NCBI RefSeq assembly: GCF_001194135.2
Contig: NC_068981.1
Span: 194,666,937-194,730,936 of the forward strand
Length of the DNA: 64,000 nt
Direction: 5' to 3'
Origin: Octopus bimaculoides
Lineage: Eukaryota
In this document: in pieces, positions 62,568 to 64,000 of the stretch
How the letters are laid out: every line of letters starts with the position of its first letter
Numbering within the stretch: the first letter of the stretch is position 1
The notes under the pieces: model-generated
Databases searched by the model: none
The model's input: the letters and a program-made list of their open reading frames with translations, nothing else
What the model was told of the DNA's origin: nothing
Translations under genes and position numbers: made by a program

Positions 62568-62698
62568 TAAACACACATATATTTTATATTTAGTGTTTGA
62601 ATAATTGTAGAGCTATAACTGTTGGAATACCAAAGCAAGATGCACCTACCAAGTCAAGTTATTACTTAAAGCAAGAAAATATCCAAGACAGGGTTTTG
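56695..62698 (+). CDS. RluA-family mitochondrial pseudouridine synthase-like gene (RPUSD3/RPUSD4-like), 5' part; continues beyond the window
   Basis: Exons 56695-57028, 58167-58211, 59661-59817, 60970-61077, 62611-62698 join in frame (244 codons). Motif I VIYEDDDVVAINKPSGV; motif II position reads VHSIKMFYSGVLLLAK; YLAITVGIP; basic, acid-free N-terminus resembling a mitochondrial presequence. Confidence 0.85.
58167..58211 (+). CDS. RPUSD-like exon 2 (DDVVAINKPSGVTVF)
   Basis: attag| ... TTTG|gtaagt. Confidence 0.9.
59661..59817 (+). CDS. RPUSD-like exon 3
   Basis: tacag| ... AAT|gtaagc, phase 1->2. Confidence 0.88.
60217..60714. mobile_element. Head-to-head palindromic tRNA-head/hammerhead element, copy 3
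   Basis: Centre TATGCCCATGGGCATA; tRNA-like head at 60424-60488 (+); hammerhead motifs at 60299-60343 (-) and 60616-60661 (+); flanking ATACCAGTGAT at 60206-60216 and 60715-60725. Confidence 0.8.
60970..61077 (+). CDS. RPUSD-like exon 4 (FYSGVLLLAK...QSY)
   Basis: cgcag| ... CTT|gtaagt, phase 2->2. Confidence 0.88.
61090..61490. repeat. Degenerate (CAT/CGT)n trinucleotide tract
   Basis: Directly visible; source of spurious Met/Thr-rich and Ser-rich ORFs. Confidence 0.9.
62611..62698 (+). CDS. RPUSD-like exon 5 (AITVGIP...DRVL)
   Basis: tgtag| ... TTG|gtaagt, phase 2->0. Confidence 0.85.
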
Positions 62699-64000
62699 GT
62701 AAGTTCCAGTAAACATGTTATTATTATATTGATGAAAGATTCTTCTTCTTCTTCTTCTTCAATGCCAACATGGAAAGCAGACGTTAAATGGTGATGATGA
62801 TGATGTTCATGAAATTCCAGTCAGTAAAAGTGACCCAAGTCACTTAACTTCCTAGAAATAACAGTCAAATTACGATCTCATCATCATTTAACGTCCGCTT
62901 TCCATGCTTTCATGGGTTGGACGATTTGACTGGGGACTGGCAAGCCAGATGGCTACACCAGACTCCAATCTGATCAGGCAGAGTTTCTACAGCTGGATGT
63001 CCTTCCTAACGCCAACCACTCCGAGAGTGTAGTGGGTGCTTTTTACATGCCACCGGCACAGGAGCGAGACCATGGCACGGGAGGTTTTTCTAAAATATAT
63101 AAGGCAGTATTTCTCAAACATTTTACCCTTGTATAACACTTAAATTAGATTACATGTCTCAAGGAACCCCTGCACACAAAACAATAAATCATATACCATA
63201 TCTTTCTCATATTTTCTCATCATAGCTCACATAGTAAATCAGCATCATCATCGTTTAAAGTCTGTTTTCCATGCTGGCATGAGTTGGACGGCTCCAATCT
63301 GATCTAGCAATGTTTCTATAGCTAGATGCCCTTCCTAACGCCAACCACTCCGAGAGTGTAGTGGATGCTTTTTATGTGCCACCACGGAAGCCAGTCAAGT
63401 GGGCTTGGCATCGATCACATTCACGTAGTGCTTTTTACGTGTCACCGGCATGGGAGCCAGTCAGGGGGTACTGGCATCGACCACTTTCGGATGGTGCTTT
63501 TTACATGCCATCAGCACGGGAGCCAATCAGGGGGTAAATATCATATATATATAGTTATATTTTTTTTTTTGATAACATAATAGGTTAGATAGGATGATAA
63601 CTATATTACAATAACCAATAATATGTTGTGTATGTATAGTAATATTACGATCATGAAATTAGCATTAGCTTATCTCACTCTTTCTTGTGGAACCCCAGTT
63701 GAAAAATGCTGATATAAGGACACATTTGTAAATGTAATCCTAAGTATACTCATGGCTGCAATATCTTTGATGGTAAGTGGTTAATGTGGTCTGACCTTGG
63801 GCTAAAGAACAACAATTCTCTTTTGTGGTTAAGAAGTTTGCTTCCCAAAAATGTGGTTTCAGGTTCAGTCCTGCTGTGTGGCACCTTGGGCAAGTGTCTT
63901 TTGTTGTGGCTTTAGTAAAGCCTTGTCAGTGGATTTGGGAGATGGAAACTGAAAGAAGCCCATCGTATGTGTGTGTGTGTGTGTCTCTTCTTGTCTTGAC

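Noticed and set aside
63360-63535. Repeat-spacer-like modules (GTGCTTTTTACGTGCCACC...), also at 28040-28330 and 45300-45620
   Set aside because: These are internal tandem modules of the RTE-type tail in a eukaryotic genome. The spacers are related to each other and there are no cas genes, so this is not CRISPR.

Overview
Eukaryotic, AT-rich, repeat-dense genomic DNA with seven N-gaps. The SINE and LINE-tail content and the microsatellites look like an Octopus (coleoid cephalopod) assembly; this is pattern recognition, not a database result. Three spliced genes can be rebuilt with GT-AG sites and consistent phases. (1) On the + strand, a Roc-COR (ROCO, MFHAS1-like) gene at ~4.6-21.0 kb, with degenerate GTPase motifs and a C-terminal polybasic-CaaX end (RKSKFCILM*). 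(2) On the - strand, BAP1 (ATG 54604, stop 22711; 12 exons, the last partly in a gap). (3) On the + strand, an RluA-family mitochondrial pseudouridine-synthase-like gene (RPUSD3/4-like, no catalytic Asp) that starts at 56695 and runs off the window. Introns hold roughly 40 RTE-tail copies (counted by eye), several tRNA-derived SINE families, piggyBac- and Tigger-type MITEs, mariner relics and Helitron-like elements. The most unusual signal is two families of TSD-flanked head-to-head palindromic elements whose arms carry minimal hammerhead-ribozyme motifs of the Penelope type. One family also has a tRNA-derived Pol III head. Several further solitary, decayed hammerhead stubs are present.
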